A stretch of 64,000 nucleotides of DNA, from the NCBI GenBank assembly GCA_963816145.1, contig CAWFJP010000002.1, forward strand, positions 64,001 through 128,000. Direction: 5' to 3'. Below are positions 19,902 to 30,063 of this stretch, piece after piece. The notes under the pieces were generated by a model that made no database searches, was not told the DNA's origin, and was given only the letters and a program-made list of their open reading frames with translations. The translations under genes and the position numbers were made by a program. Position 1 is the stretch's first letter. The number at the start of each line of letters is the position of its first letter. The stretch is from an uncultured delta proteobacterium. GTDB taxonomy: Bacteria > Desulfobacterota > Binatia > UBA9968.

Positions 19902-20330
19902 GTGGAGGGTAGTCACACGGTTACATTATACGAAACCCTTTTTGTGGTGCATCCGGAAAAAGGGCCGAGAAACAAAGAATTTATCGAGCGATTCAACAAG
20001 GTCGTCGAAGGCCAAGAGGGCACGATTGTACAGGTCGAAGAGTGGGGACTTCGCGATCTCGCCTATCGTATCGAGAAACAGGGCAAAGGTTTCTACACCT
20101 TGATGCGCTACAAGGCTACAGGAAAAGCGGTTGCTGAACTTGAGCGCAATCTTAAGCTCACCGACGGCATCCTGCGTTACCTGACGACGCGTGCGGATGA
20201 GGACAGTCCTATGACCAGTCCGTCGGCACCGCGGGCGTACAGCGACGAACCGCCGCGGCGAAATTACGATGATAGACGTAACTACGACGATAATAGATCG
20301 CGTGGGGGCGAACGAGAGCCCTCGGCCTAG
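19902..20330 (+). CDS. rpsF: 30S ribosomal protein S6 (start uncertain, possibly 19917)
   Basis: LYETLFVVHP, EEWGLRDLAYRI, ILRYL motifs. Confidence 0.95.
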   Translation: MEGSHTVTLYETLFVVHPEKGPRNKEFIERFNKVVEGQEGTIVQVEEWGLRDLAYRIEKQGKGFYTLMRYKATGKAVAELERNLKLTDGILRYLTTRADEDSPMTSPSAPRAYSDEPPRRNYDDRRNYDDNRSRGGEREPSA

Positions 20331-20490
20331 ACCGGTCGTGGCGTCGACTTGGGCTGCGTGCGGTCGGTCTATAGTGTACCGATGATTCGAGTTCCGGAGC
20401 AATTACACAGTAGCAAAATGGTTGGACTTCCAGTCGCTGGATCTCGGCATGGCTAGGAAGAGCAAGACGAAACAAGAGGTAGCGTAAATT

Positions 20491-20784
20491 ATGGCACAGT
20501 ACGAACGGAGCCCGAGACCTAGCCGCGAGCGTTCCGACGATGACAAAGGTGGCCAGCGTCGCCGGCCGATGTTCCGGCGCAAGGTATGTCGTTTTTGCGC
20601 CGACAAGAGCCTACGGATCGATTATAAGGACTTGCGCACGATATCTTCGTTTGTCACCGAACGCGGCAAGATGACGCCGAGCCGGATCACCGGCAATTGC
20701 GCGCGCCATCAACGGCTGCTGACGACGGCGGTTAAGCGCGCGCGCAGCATCGCTTTGTTGCCGTTCACCACCGCGAACAATTAA
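20491..20784 (+). CDS. rpsR: 30S ribosomal protein S18 (Zn-binding C+ type)
   Basis: [28 protein letters not shown]. Confidence 0.97.
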   Translation: MAQYERSPRPSRERSDDDKGGQRRRPMFRRKVCRFCADKSLRIDYKDLRTISSFVTERGKMTPSRITGNCARHQRLLTTAVKRARSIALLPFTTANN

Positions 20785-20807
20785 ATCCGTTTCCCAGGCG
20801 ACCACCC

Positions 20808-21761
20808 ATGCAGCGGCTGGAAGTCATTACCCGGTTTTTTTTGGCTCTAGCCTTGAGCGTGTTTCTATTCATGAGCGGTATCAGCTTGCCGCCCATCGGC
20901 GCGCTGCTGCTGCCGTTTGTCACTCAGCCCGTGCTGTTGTTTGGCTTCAAATACGGTATCGGCCATGGTCTCGGCGTGGTGCTCGTCGCGCTCTTGCTGT
21001 TGGCGCTTTTTGCCGGCGAAGAGTTGAGCTTGGTGTACGGTATCTTTGCCATCTTGGCAGGTGTCCTGCTTGGGCTCATCGGACGAGTACGGGCGGTTGA
21101 GTACTTGGTGGTTGGCGCGGCTTCGGCGATGTTTGTTTGGGCGCTGGGCGTGGCTCTTTATTTTTTTGGCTCTTGGGCCGCACTCGTGGGTGATATTCGT
21201 ACCGGATTGACTCAACAGTTTGCGGCTGCGACACGGATGCAGGAGCAAATGGGTTTCTCCAAGGATAGTTTGGAGCTGGTAAAAGAAAGAATGCCGCAGT
21301 TGATCGATATGACATTGCAACTCCTGCCCGGGTTGCTATTTTTGACGTTCGCGCTCATCGCGTTGATCAATATTTTTTCGCTGCGCCGGCGCTTTCCGGA
21401 ACGCCGTTCCGCGTGGTTTGCAATCGAAAACTTTCGCGATTGGAAAGGGCCGGAATCACTGGTTTGGGGGCTGATCGCGAGCGGCTTTAGCTTGTTTTTC
21501 CCGGTTCCCGATCTTGCGCGCATGATCGCCATGAACCTGTTGTTGATCGTCGGCGCTTTTTATTTTGCCCAGGGGTTGGCGGTGATCGCGTTTTTTTTTC
21601 ACAAAAACAACGTGCCGCGGTTCCTGCGCGGCATTACTTATATCTTGATCGTTTTTCAGCAAATATTTACGCTGATGGTTGTTGGTCTGGGGCTGTTCGA
21701 CCTGTGGGGCGATTTTCGCCGCTTGGGTAAAGATAAACTCACTCCGAGCCAAGCGTCCTAG
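20808..21761 (+). CDS. DUF2232/YybS-family membrane protein
   Basis: Multi-TM protein with YFAQGL and GLGLFDLWGDFR; typical position between rpsR and rplI. Confidence 0.85.
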   Translation: MQRLEVITRFFLALALSVFLFMSGISLPPIGALLLPFVTQPVLLFGFKYGIGHGLGVVLVALLLLALFAGEELSLVYGIFAILAGVLLGLIGRVRAVEYLVVGAASAMFVWALGVALYFFGSWAALVGDIRTGLTQQFAAATRMQEQMGFSKDSLELVKERMPQLIDMTLQLLPGLLFLTFALIALINIFSLRRRFPERRSAWFAIENFRDWKGPESLVWGLIASGFSLFFPVPDLARMIAMNLLLIVGAFYFAQGLAVIAFFFHKNNVPRFLRGITYILIVFQQIFTLMVVGLGLFDLWGDFRRLGKDKLTPSQAS

Positions 21762-21771
21762 CGGAGGAATT

Positions 21772-22224
21772 ATGGAAGTTATACTCAAAGAGGATATCGC
21801 CAACGTCGGCAAAATCGGCGAGGTTGTACGCGTGCGCGACGGATACGCGCGGAATTTCTTGCTGCCGCGCGGATTGGTGCTGGAGGCCAACAAGAAGAAT
21901 CTCAAGACCTTCGAGCATTCGAAAAAAATCATTTCCGATCAGAAGCAAAAGGTCCTGCGCCAAGCTCAGGCGGTGGGCGATCAATTGGCCGGAGTGTCGC
22001 TGGTGATTCCGATGAAGGTCGGGGAGGAAGGCAGGCTCTTCGGTTCGGTCACCAACATGCAGATCGAAAAGGCCCTCAAGGCCAAAGGCCTGATTGTCGA
22101 CCGGCGCAAGATCCACTTGAACGAAACCATCAAAGTCGCCGGAGAATACGAAGTTCCGGTGCGGTTGTCGGCCGATCTCACGGTGTCGCTCAAAGTGTCC
22201 GTCGTATCCGATAGCAAAGATTAA
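21772..22224 (+). CDS. rplI: 50S ribosomal protein L9
   Basis: MEVILKEDI...VRDGYARNFLLP...LFGSVT; GGAGG RBS. Confidence 0.97.
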   Translation: MEVILKEDIANVGKIGEVVRVRDGYARNFLLPRGLVLEANKKNLKTFEHSKKIISDQKQKVLRQAQAVGDQLAGVSLVIPMKVGEEGRLFGSVTNMQIEKALKAKGLIVDRRKIHLNETIKVAGEYEVPVRLSADLTVSLKVSVVSDSKD

Positions 22225-22259
22225 GCGATTCGCTAGTTCAGTCGAATTATTTGAATCCG

Positions 22260-22296
22260 ATGGGGTGGGCCTCTGCGTCCCGCCCCATTTTTATTT
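22260..22296 (+). terminator. Rho-independent terminator after rplI
   Basis: ATGGGGTGGG...CCCGCCCCAT hairpin followed by TTTTATTT. Confidence 0.75.
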
Positions 22297-22381
22297 GTAA
22301 GCAGATATTGCTCGTCCTTTTCTAAACGACGCGCGGCCGGCGCGCTAGGAGCCCTGCACGGCGCACAGCCAATTCCCGCCA

Positions 22382-23275
22382 ATGCCATCCACAGGAGCTC
22401 ATCTCGCGTCTAAATTTCCGCTTGAGCGCGGTCGTTTGTTTATTCTCGCTGCCGCGATTCTCTGGAGTCTGGCCGGTGTCTTCATCAAATTTCTGGATAT
22501 TCACCCGCTGGCGATTGTGTTCTACCGCAGTCTGTTCGCGGCGTTGGTATTCACGCCGTTTCTGAAGCGATATGATTTTCGCTGTAACGGGACGATCCTG
22601 ATTTCAGTCCTGAGTTACACCGCGGCAATCAGCGCTTTCGTTTCCGCCAACAAGCTCACCAGCGCCGCCAATGCCATCGTGCTGCAGTACACCGCGCCGA
22701 TCTTTGTGTTTTTGTTCTCATGGCTGGTCCTGCGAGAAAAAATCGCCAACGCGAATATCTTTGCGCTTGCCGTGGCGATGATCGGCATCGGCATCATTTC
22801 CCTCGACAGCGCCGGTGAGGCGGAGATGGCCGGGGTCGCGCTCGCGCTCCTGAGCGGTGTGCTGTTCGCGGGTTACATGATAAACCTGCAGCGCACTCAA
22901 AAAATCGCTCCCGTCTATTTGACGTGGGTCAACAATCTTGTTTGTGCGTTTTTAGTCTTTTGGGTCGTTCAAGCGCAGCTGACGCTGACGGTGAATCAAA
23001 CCTTGACTCTCGCGGTCATGGGTGGGGTGCAGCTCGGCGCCCCTTATTATCTTTTTTCCAAGGGGTTGCAGACGGTGGCGTTGCCGGAGGCATCGCTGAT
23101 CGCGTTGATCGAGCCAGTGCTCAATCCGCTTTGGGTCGCGTTGATCGTCGGCGAGTTACCGTCAACCGCGACGGTTTGCGGTGGCGCGATGGTCCTGTTC
23201 GGCCTCGGCGTGCGCTATGTTTGGCCGTTAATCGGCTCGCACGCCGAAGCCGAAGACCTCAATTCGACGAATTGA
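22382..23275 (+). CDS. EamA/DMT family transporter
   Basis: About 10 TM segments, LQYTAPIFV and IEPVLNPLWV motifs. Confidence 0.9.
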   Translation: MPSTGAHLASKFPLERGRLFILAAAILWSLAGVFIKFLDIHPLAIVFYRSLFAALVFTPFLKRYDFRCNGTILISVLSYTAAISAFVSANKLTSAANAIVLQYTAPIFVFLFSWLVLREKIANANIFALAVAMIGIGIISLDSAGEAEMAGVALALLSGVLFAGYMINLQRTQKIAPVYLTWVNNLVCAFLVFWVVQAQLTLTVNQTLTLAVMGGVQLGAPYYLFSKGLQTVALPEASLIALIEPVLNPLWVALIVGELPSTATVCGGAMVLFGLGVRYVWPLIGSHAEAEDLNSTN

Positions 23276-23285
23276 AGTCGTTTGT

Positions 23286-23705
23286 TTATCCGGCGATGCG
23301 CACGTTGCCGGGATGACGGATCTTATCCATCTCTTCTTTGGGTAGCGTCTTGATGTCCTTGCGCAGCTCGTAGTTGATATGTTGAATCGCTTCCGAAGGT
23401 CCGGAACGGTTGCCCATGAGCACCATCGGCCCGGTGCCGGTATTCTCCAACTGATAAAACGAGCCGCCGGTGATGGTCGCCACCTTGCCCGGTGTCATGA
23501 CCACCTTGCCGCCGTCGGGGAAATGCATCGTGCATTCACCGTCGATGACGTAAAAGGTTTGGTCGGCGTTGTGGCAATGCATATCGTCGGCGTCGCCGGG
23601 CTTGGGGTAAACATGCACCCAGGCGTGAAAACGGTTGGTATTGAAGATGACTTGGCGTTTGCCTTCGCCCGCCTTCTTGACCATATCGACAATTTCAATC
23701 GGCAT
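23286..23705 (-). CDS. Small cupin-domain protein
   Basis: MHCHNADQTFYVIDG...FYQLEN cupin motifs; GGAGG RBS. Confidence 0.85.
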   Translation of the reverse strand: MPIEIVDMVKKAGEGKRQVIFNTNRFHAWVHVYPKPGDADDMHCHNADQTFYVIDGECTMHFPDGGKVVMTPGKVATITGGSFYQLENTGTGPMVLMGNRSGPSEAIQHINYELRKDIKTLPKEEMDKIRHPGNVRIAG

Positions 23706-23843
23706 ACTTCCTCCTTCATAAATTTAGCCGTCAAAGTATAGCTCTCCGGCTACGCTGTCAAATTCCACCGCGGCTGGGATTCACATTCAGAATCGATTTG
23801 TGATAGTTTTTGGCCCATTAAGCTTATATTTGAGGAGGCTGTT

Positions 23844-24647
23844 ATGTCAATGCATTGGGGAATGGCAAATCGTTTGGCGCGAATTATCAAGCCGGACGGC
23901 CGGGCAGTGATGCTCGCCGTCGACCACGGTTACTTTCTCGGACCGACCAGCGGTCTGGAGGAGCCGCGCAAAACTATCGAACCGCTTATGCCGCACGCGG
24001 ACTCGATCATGCTGACGCGCGGCGTGTTGCGTACTTCAGTGGACGCCAAAGCCGACAAGCCGATCGTTCTGCGTGTCTCCGGCGGCACCAGCATTCTCAA
24101 AGAGTTGTCCAACGAAGAGATTACCGTATCGATCGAGGAGTGCATTCGCCTCAATGTTTCGGCGATCGCGCTGTCGATCTTCGTCGGTTCGGAGTTCGAG
24201 AAAGAGACTTTGGTGAGCTTGGCCAAGCTGGTCGACGAGGGGGAGAAGTACGGCATTCCGGTGCTTGCCGTCACCGCCGTGGGTAAAGATATGGCGCGCG
24301 ACGTACGCTATCTCGGCCTGTCCTGCCGCATCGCCGCCGAGATGGGCGCACATATCGTCAAAACCTACCACTGCGACAATTTCGAAGAGCTGATCGGCAG
24401 CTGCCCGGTTCCGGTGATCGTCGCCGGTGGTAAGAAGACGCCGGAAATGGAAGCTCTCGAATTGACGTATAACGCCGTCAAGGGCGGCGCCGTCGGTGTC
24501 GACATGGGTCGCAATATCTTCCAATCCGATTCCCCCGTGGGGATGATCAAAGCTGTGTGCGCGATTGTGCATGAGAATGTTTCAGTGAAAGAAGCGCTTA
24601 AAATCTATGAGAGCGAGAAGAATTCAAAAGCGCGCAAAGCTAGCTGA
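23844..24647 (+). CDS. lsrF: LsrF-like class I aldolase/thiolase (DhnA family)
   Basis: WGMANRL, AVDHGYFLGP, IVKTY, GVDMGRNIFQ motifs. Confidence 0.88.
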   Translation: MSMHWGMANRLARIIKPDGRAVMLAVDHGYFLGPTSGLEEPRKTIEPLMPHADSIMLTRGVLRTSVDAKADKPIVLRVSGGTSILKELSNEEITVSIEECIRLNVSAIALSIFVGSEFEKETLVSLAKLVDEGEKYGIPVLAVTAVGKDMARDVRYLGLSCRIAAEMGAHIVKTYHCDNFEELIGSCPVPVIVAGGKKTPEMEALELTYNAVKGGAVGVDMGRNIFQSDSPVGMIKAVCAIVHENVSVKEALKIYESEKNSKARKAS

Positions 24648-24681
24648 TCAAGAAATATCGCTGCATCTAATCCCGCGAACC

Positions 24682-25713
24682 ATGAACATGCGCGTTGCAA
24701 TGTACTACAACAACCGGGATGTTCGGTTGGAGGAGCTGCCAGTTCCTAACATTGGTCCGGGTGAGTTGCTGCTGCGCACGCGGGCGAGCGGGGTTTGCGG
24801 CAGCGACTTGATGGAGTGGTACCGCATCAAAAAGGCGCCGTTGGTGTTGGGGCATGAGATTACCGCGGAGGTTGTCGAGGTTGGCGCCGGAGTTTCGGAA
24901 TACAAACTCGGCGATCGCGTGTTCTCAACCCACCATGTGCCGTGCGGCACATGCCGTTATTGCAAGGGTGGGCATCAATCCGTTTGCGATCTTCTGCGCA
25001 CGACTCATTTCGAGCCCGGCGGATTTGCCGAATACATTCGCGTGCCGAGGATCAACGTCGAGCTCGGCACTCTGCGGATTCCGGATTCGATGACCTTCGA
25101 TGAAGGCTCGTTTATCGAGCCGCTGGCTTGTGTCGTGCGGGCGCAGCGATTCGCCAAGCTTGCAGCAGGGCAGACTGTGTTGGTGATCGGCAGCGGTATT
25201 TCCGGCTTGCTACACATTCAGCTTGCAAAAGCGCGCGGTGCGGCACGCGTCATTGCCACCGATATCAGCGTCTATCGATTGAATGCAGCGAGACAGTTCG
25301 GCGCCGATACGACAATTCACGGCGCGGAAGACGTTCCAATGCGGCTCAAAGATGTAAACGGCGGCCGCCTCGCCGATCTGGTTATCGTTTGCACCGGTGC
25401 CATGCCGGCGATCCAGCAGGCGATCAAATCCATTGACCGCGGCGGCACGCTGTTATTTTTCGCGCCAACCGCCGCCGGTGTCGATGTGCCGATCCCGCTT
25501 TTTGAATTTTGGCGCGATGAAATCAACGTGGTGACTTCCTATGCCGGCAGCGGCGACGATTTGAAAGAGGCGCTGGAGTTGATTCGCGACCGTAAGGTGC
25601 GAGTTGCTGACATGGTGACGCACCGATTGCCGTTGGCGGAAACGGGCGTGGGTTTTCAGTTGACGGCGAGCGGGCAGGATTCGATCAAGGTGATTATCGA
25701 TCCGCTGCTTTGA
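24682..25713 (+). CDS. Zinc-dependent alcohol/polyol dehydrogenase (MDR family)
   Basis: GVCGSD, GHE, CGTCRYC...C structural Zn site, GSGISG. Confidence 0.9.
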   Translation: MNMRVAMYYNNRDVRLEELPVPNIGPGELLLRTRASGVCGSDLMEWYRIKKAPLVLGHEITAEVVEVGAGVSEYKLGDRVFSTHHVPCGTCRYCKGGHQSVCDLLRTTHFEPGGFAEYIRVPRINVELGTLRIPDSMTFDEGSFIEPLACVVRAQRFAKLAAGQTVLVIGSGISGLLHIQLAKARGAARVIATDISVYRLNAARQFGADTTIHGAEDVPMRLKDVNGGRLADLVIVCTGAMPAIQQAIKSIDRGGTLLFFAPTAAGVDVPIPLFEFWRDEINVVTSYAGSGDDLKEALELIRDRKVRVADMVTHRLPLAETGVGFQLTASGQDSIKVIIDPLL

Positions 25714-25751
25714 TGGCCGCCAACGGGCGCAGCCTGATGCGCCCCGAAACG

Positions 25752-26744
25752 CTATTTGACAATCCCCAATTCCTTGCGCGCTTTGTCCAGAAAGCTGTAG
25801 TCGACGACATCGGCCACGGTCACGGGTTTGGTTACTTTCGCGCTCTCGCGGGCGAGGTCAATGAGGACTTGGACGGATTCGGGTTTGACGTAGGCGTCCT
25901 TGGTCAAAACGCGACCGACTTGGCGCGACATTTCGGCTGCCATTTTGCGGTCGCTCACCTTCCACTGTTTCATCAAGATATTGGTCACCGCTTCGGTGTT
26001 GTTCTTGTCCCAGACGAATTGCAGCCCGCGCAGCGTGGCGCGCACCATGCGGTAGACTTCGTCTGGGTTCTCGCGGATCTTTTTCTCTGAAGTACCAAAT
26101 CCGTTCTGGGGAAATTCGATCACGTCGCCGAGAAAAAGTAATTCGTGATAGCCTTTTTCTTCGGCGATGATGTTTTCCGGCACCGAGATTAGCGATGCTT
26201 CGACGACGCCTGATTCCAATACTGCCAGCCGGCTGGCGGCGTTGCCGGACATTTGCAGAACAGAAACGTCCTTGCCTGGCTCCAGGCCGATCTGTTTGAG
26301 CGCTTGATTGGCGAGTAGCGTCGCCGAACCGCCGGGCGAACTACCGGCGATTTTTTTGCCTTTGAGCTGCTTCAAGTCTTTGATGTTTTTCTGTGCCATC
26401 AAGAACAGCAGCGGCTTTGACACGGTGAAGAGCAGGACTTTCATCGGTCGGCCTTGGACGGCGGCGCCGATGGTGCCGGTGACCGCGCCATTGAAATCGA
26501 CGTCGCCGTTCAACACCGCCGTGCTCGCCAAGTTGGCCGGCATGAAGATGATTTCCAGATCGATGCCTTCGTCTTTGAAAAAGCCGCGGTGCAGAGCCGT
26601 GTAGAGTGCGAGGAACGAAACGTTGGTCGACGAACTCGCCATGCGGACCTTTTTGAGGGATTGGGCGTCGGTGGATGGCGCGAGCAGGAATGCCACCGCG
26701 AGCAGAAAGACGAGAATGCCAATCGATCTACGCTTTTTCTTCAT
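25752..26744 (-). CDS. ABC-type substrate-binding protein (NMT1/SsuA-like)
   Basis: Signal peptide, GFFKDEGIDLE, LKGKKIA motifs. Confidence 0.85.
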   Translation of the reverse strand: MKKKRRSIGILVFLLAVAFLLAPSTDAQSLKKVRMASSSTNVSFLALYTALHRGFFKDEGIDLEIIFMPANLASTAVLNGDVDFNGAVTGTIGAAVQGRPMKVLLFTVSKPLLFLMAQKNIKDLKQLKGKKIAGSSPGGSATLLANQALKQIGLEPGKDVSVLQMSGNAASRLAVLESGVVEASLISVPENIIAEEKGYHELLFLGDVIEFPQNGFGTSEKKIRENPDEVYRMVRATLRGLQFVWDKNNTEAVTNILMKQWKVSDRKMAAEMSRQVGRVLTKDAYVKPESVQVLIDLARESAKVTKPVTVADVVDYSFLDKARKELGIVK

Positions 26745-26844
26745 GATTTCTACCTCCATCGGTCTAGGCGTCAAATAAACCTGGTTTCCCGCGTTCGCGG
26801 GAATGACGGATAAACGCGCGAGTTCCTCAGTTGCGGTCTATTTC

Positions 26845-28752
26845 TCAATCGAGCTGGCTCCACGCTTTGAATTCTTCAAGACCCAGTTGTTGCAGCGTAT
26901 CCATGAACGGGCGGCCGGTGTGTTCGTGGCGGCCGGAGATTTTGTAATATTCGTAAACCAAGCCGGGCAGCCACTTGGCGATAGAGAAGCCTTGGTACTT
27001 TCCGTCGGGGATTGGTTCCAAGAATCTCGGGCCGACATCTTGCCAGTCATGCTCGGCGATCCAGCCGCGCTGAGTGCCGAAGACGCTTTGTAAAATAATC
27101 GCCCGATGGCCGGCGTCGACGAGTTCGTCTAGGCTGACGTCCCAACCTGTGGTCGCGTTGAGCGCGTCGAGCATGCTCTGCACGCCGTCACGCGGCTTGT
27201 CGTTCAAGGCAAACCAGCAGCCGCCCATGATGCCGCAGGCTTGACGAACTTTCTCGGTGATCAGGTGCGAACTCGTCCAACCGTCGGGTTGATTGGGATC
27301 GAGGGGGCCCCACTTCTCGCGATATTTTAAATCGGCGGGTGGTTCGGTGCCGCCGGCACCTTGCGGCTTCATACCGCCGCTGGCGACCAGCTCGCGGAGC
27401 ATTTGGCTCAACAGCGGGCGCCACTCATGTTGCGCCGGGGTGCCGCCTTTGGTGTGCACCACCCAATTCTTCGCTTCACCACCCAGTTCTTCTGCCAACT
27501 CTTTGGGACCGTCGGCGAGAATGTTACCGAGCCAGGTTTCACGCCGGGCGCAGCGTTCGAGCAGAGTCTCGACCGCTTCCAGGTTGCCCCATTCCAATTT
27601 CAAACCGTCGGTCTTGTCCGGGCCGAGCACGCCCTTCTCCCAGGCTTCGAAGGCAAGTCCGGCGCCGCAGGCATAGTGGCTGCACTCGATGCCGAGGTCG
27701 TTGATTCGTTCGGAGAGATAGAGCACGTCGTTGCCTTTGAAACCGAGGTTGTAAAACGTGTCCATCCACTCGCTGCCGGCGTTGAAGTGGCCGATCTTGC
27801 CTTTGAAGCGGCCCTCGCCAATCTCGACGTCCCACGGGCACATGCGCGGGCATTGGAAGCAGGGGCGTAAGGTGACGCGATTTTGATCGAGGCCTTTGGC
27901 TTCATCGGTGATGATGGTGCTGCGCCAATTCAACTTGGTTATGGCGCCCCAATCCTCGCCATGGCCGACGCTGGTGAGACGCTTTTTAACCGTGGTCTTG
28001 CGCGAGGCGATCGCTTTGGCCCAGCGCTGGCCGGCGTCGATTAGCTTGTTCTTGTCGTGCAAGCGCGGCCGCTTGGTGCCCCAGGCGACAAACGCCTTGA
28101 GTTTTTTTGAACCCATCACCGCACCCAAGCCATGCGCCGCCGTATGATTGTAGTCGTTGACCAGCATGGCGGCGCGGACGAGATTTTCGCCCGCCGGTCC
28201 GATGGCGCCGACTCGGGCGTCCTGATGGCCGGATTCTTTGCGCAGTGTGTCTTCGGTCTCGCGGATGCCTTTGCCCCAGACATGGTCGGCATCGCGCAAC
28301 TCAACTTTATCTTCACCGATGTAGAGATACTTCGGCGCCTGCGCCGCGCCGGTGACGATGATGCCGTCGTAGCCGGCGCACTTTAACGAAGTGCCGAAAT
28401 AGCCGCTGGTGGCGCCGCGGCCGAGGGTATATTTCGTCGCCGGGCTCAAATAGACGAAACACATTTTCGTTCCGCCGGGAGTAAACCCGGTGCCGGTGAT
28501 CGGGCCGGTCATGCCGACGATCACATTGCGCGCATCGTAGGGATCGATGTCGAGCGGCAGCTCGTTCAGCAGCACGTATTCGGCGAAGAGCTGCCCGCCC
28601 CAATATTTGCGTAGCAGCGGCTCATCGGGAAGGTTCACATCGGTGAGCTTTGCCGTTGTCATATCGACGCGCAGGATTTTTCCCATGTAGCCGCCCGGAA
28701 GGCGGGATTTCCGAACGGACGGAAAGAAATTGGCGTATTCAGGATTGGCCAT
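26845..28752 (-). CDS. Aldehyde:ferredoxin oxidoreductase family protein (W-bis-pterin), copy 1
   Basis: GYMGKILRVD, SPAT, AGYDG, IGPAGENL, GAVMGSKKLKA, CFQCPRMC and GGC cluster ligands. Confidence 0.9.
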   Translation of the reverse strand: MANPEYANFFPSVRKSRLPGGYMGKILRVDMTTAKLTDVNLPDEPLLRKYWGGQLFAEYVLLNELPLDIDPYDARNVIVGMTGPITGTGFTPGGTKMCFVYLSPATKYTLGRGATSGYFGTSLKCAGYDGIIVTGAAQAPKYLYIGEDKVELRDADHVWGKGIRETEDTLRKESGHQDARVGAIGPAGENLVRAAMLVNDYNHTAAHGLGAVMGSKKLKAFVAWGTKRPRLHDKNKLIDAGQRWAKAIASRKTTVKKRLTSVGHGEDWGAITKLNWRSTIITDEAKGLDQNRVTLRPCFQCPRMCPWDVEIGEGRFKGKIGHFNAGSEWMDTFYNLGFKGNDVLYLSERINDLGIECSHYACGAGLAFEAWEKGVLGPDKTDGLKLEWGNLEAVETLLERCARRETWLGNILADGPKELAEELGGEAKNWVVHTKGGTPAQHEWRPLLSQMLRELVASGGMKPQGAGGTEPPADLKYREKWGPLDPNQPDGWTSSHLITEKVRQACGIMGGCWFALNDKPRDGVQSMLDALNATTGWDVSLDELVDAGHRAIILQSVFGTQRGWIAEHDWQDVGPRFLEPIPDGKYQGFSIAKWLPGLVYEYYKISGRHEHTGRPFMDTLQQLGLEEFKAWSQLD

Positions 28753-28777
28753 GATCGTGCCTCGATAATCTAGATTT

Positions 28778-28879
28778 GTTACAATCGTTCCAATGGTTCC
28801 AGTTGTTCCAAATGTTTCAGATGCGTGGTTCTGTTACTGCGAGTTCTAAAACAATTGGAACTTCTGGAACCTTTGGAAC
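28778..28879. repeat. Tandem-repeat hairpin, 9-bp unit GTTCCANNN with inverted NNNTGGAAC arm (element A)
   Basis: gttacaatc gttccaatg gttccagtt gttccaaat gtttcagat ... aattggaac ttctggaac ctttggaac. Confidence 0.9.
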
Positions 28880-28897
28880 GCGAACGCGGAGCGTTCG

Positions 28898-29953
28898 CTA
28901 TTCGGAAGCCGCCCACAGTACACGGTCGGCGGGCAACTCGATATCCAATCTCTCCCAGCTGTCCCCCCGGTCGCGGCTGATCATTAGATCGCCGGCGCCG
29001 CCCGATCCTGAGGCGTGGCCGCGGGCGACGTTGCCGAAGCCGGCGAAGACCGCTTTGTGATCGGTCGGATGATGCACCAGCGCCCAGACCATCGAGTCGA
29101 GTTCTTCGGCGAGGCCGTTGGTGACGCGGGCCCAGGACTGTGCGCCGTCGGTGCTTTTGAAGATCGCCGCGCGGGCGCCGCGATTTTCCCGGCGCCAAAA
29201 GCCGGGCGAGGCGTCGGCTGCGCCTATGAGCATGGTTGCTGGTTCGCCAGGGCTCTGCGGATTCAAGAATAGAAAATCGTGGAAATAGTCCCGGGTCATG
29301 CCGTTTTCGGCGCGAGTCCAGCCGTTTTCGGGGGTGTCGCTGGTGAAAAAGCCGCGGGCGCTGGCGACGTAGTAGCGGTCGTGGCGCTTGGGAAAGTTGG
29401 CTATCACATGAATGTCGAGATAGTCGATGCCCTTGCTGACATCTTCCCAGGCGGCGCCGCGGTCAAAGCTGCGGACGATGCCGCCATGCTCCAGGCATAA
29501 GTAAATCGTCTGCGGATTGTCGGGATGGATATGGATGTTGCGCACATGGCCATGGTGCGGCACCTGCGGGTACCACCAGTTTTTGCGCACCGATTGCGGC
29601 AGTTTTTTTAATTCGGCGATTTCTTGCCAGCTGTCGCCGCCATCTTCGCTGCGAAACAGACCCACGGGTTCGATGCCGGTATAGACGACTCTATCGTCGC
29701 CGGGGTCGACGGTGACCGAACGGATGTCGCCTTCGAACACCTTCGCCCAACTCTTGCCGCCGTCCAATGTTCTATACAGCCCGTCATGGGTGACGCCGAC
29801 GAAAACCTTTTCCGGCGACCGTTTGCAGCCGTGGATCGAATCGATGATGCCGTCTGCAAAATGACGTGCGACTTCCTGCCAGCCGGAGTCGGTCGACTTC
29901 CAAGTGATCAATCCATGTTGAGTGCCTGCGTAGAGACGGACACCTTCGCTCAT
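28898..29953 (-). CDS. BNR/Asp-box beta-propeller protein (no signal peptide)
   Basis: Asp boxes RTLDGGKSW, RSEDGGDSW, RSFDRGAAW, KSTDGAQSW, SRDRGDSW. True start is MSEGV after AGGAGG; the longer ORF-track call runs through a repeat. Confidence 0.82.
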   Translation of the reverse strand: MSEGVRLYAGTQHGLITWKSTDSGWQEVARHFADGIIDSIHGCKRSPEKVFVGVTHDGLYRTLDGGKSWAKVFEGDIRSVTVDPGDDRVVYTGIEPVGLFRSEDGGDSWQEIAELKKLPQSVRKNWWYPQVPHHGHVRNIHIHPDNPQTIYLCLEHGGIVRSFDRGAAWEDVSKGIDYLDIHVIANFPKRHDRYYVASARGFFTSDTPENGWTRAENGMTRDYFHDFLFLNPQSPGEPATMLIGAADASPGFWRRENRGARAAIFKSTDGAQSWARVTNGLAEELDSMVWALVHHPTDHKAVFAGFGNVARGHASGSGGAGDLMISRDRGDSWERLDIELPADRVLWAASE

Positions 29954-29965
29954 AAAACCTCCTTG

Positions 29966-30054
29966 GTTCCAGTCGTTCCAGAAGTTCCAATTGTTCCAAA
30001 GGTTCGGACTCCGGCCACACCTGGAACCACTGGAACATTTGGAACCATTGGAAC
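29966..30054. repeat. Tandem-repeat hairpin, 9-bp unit GTTCCANNN (element B)
   Basis: gttccagtc gttccagaa gttccaatt gttccaaag gttcgga ... cctggaac cactggaac atttggaac cattggaac. Confidence 0.9.
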
Positions 30055-30063
30055 GTTCCATTC

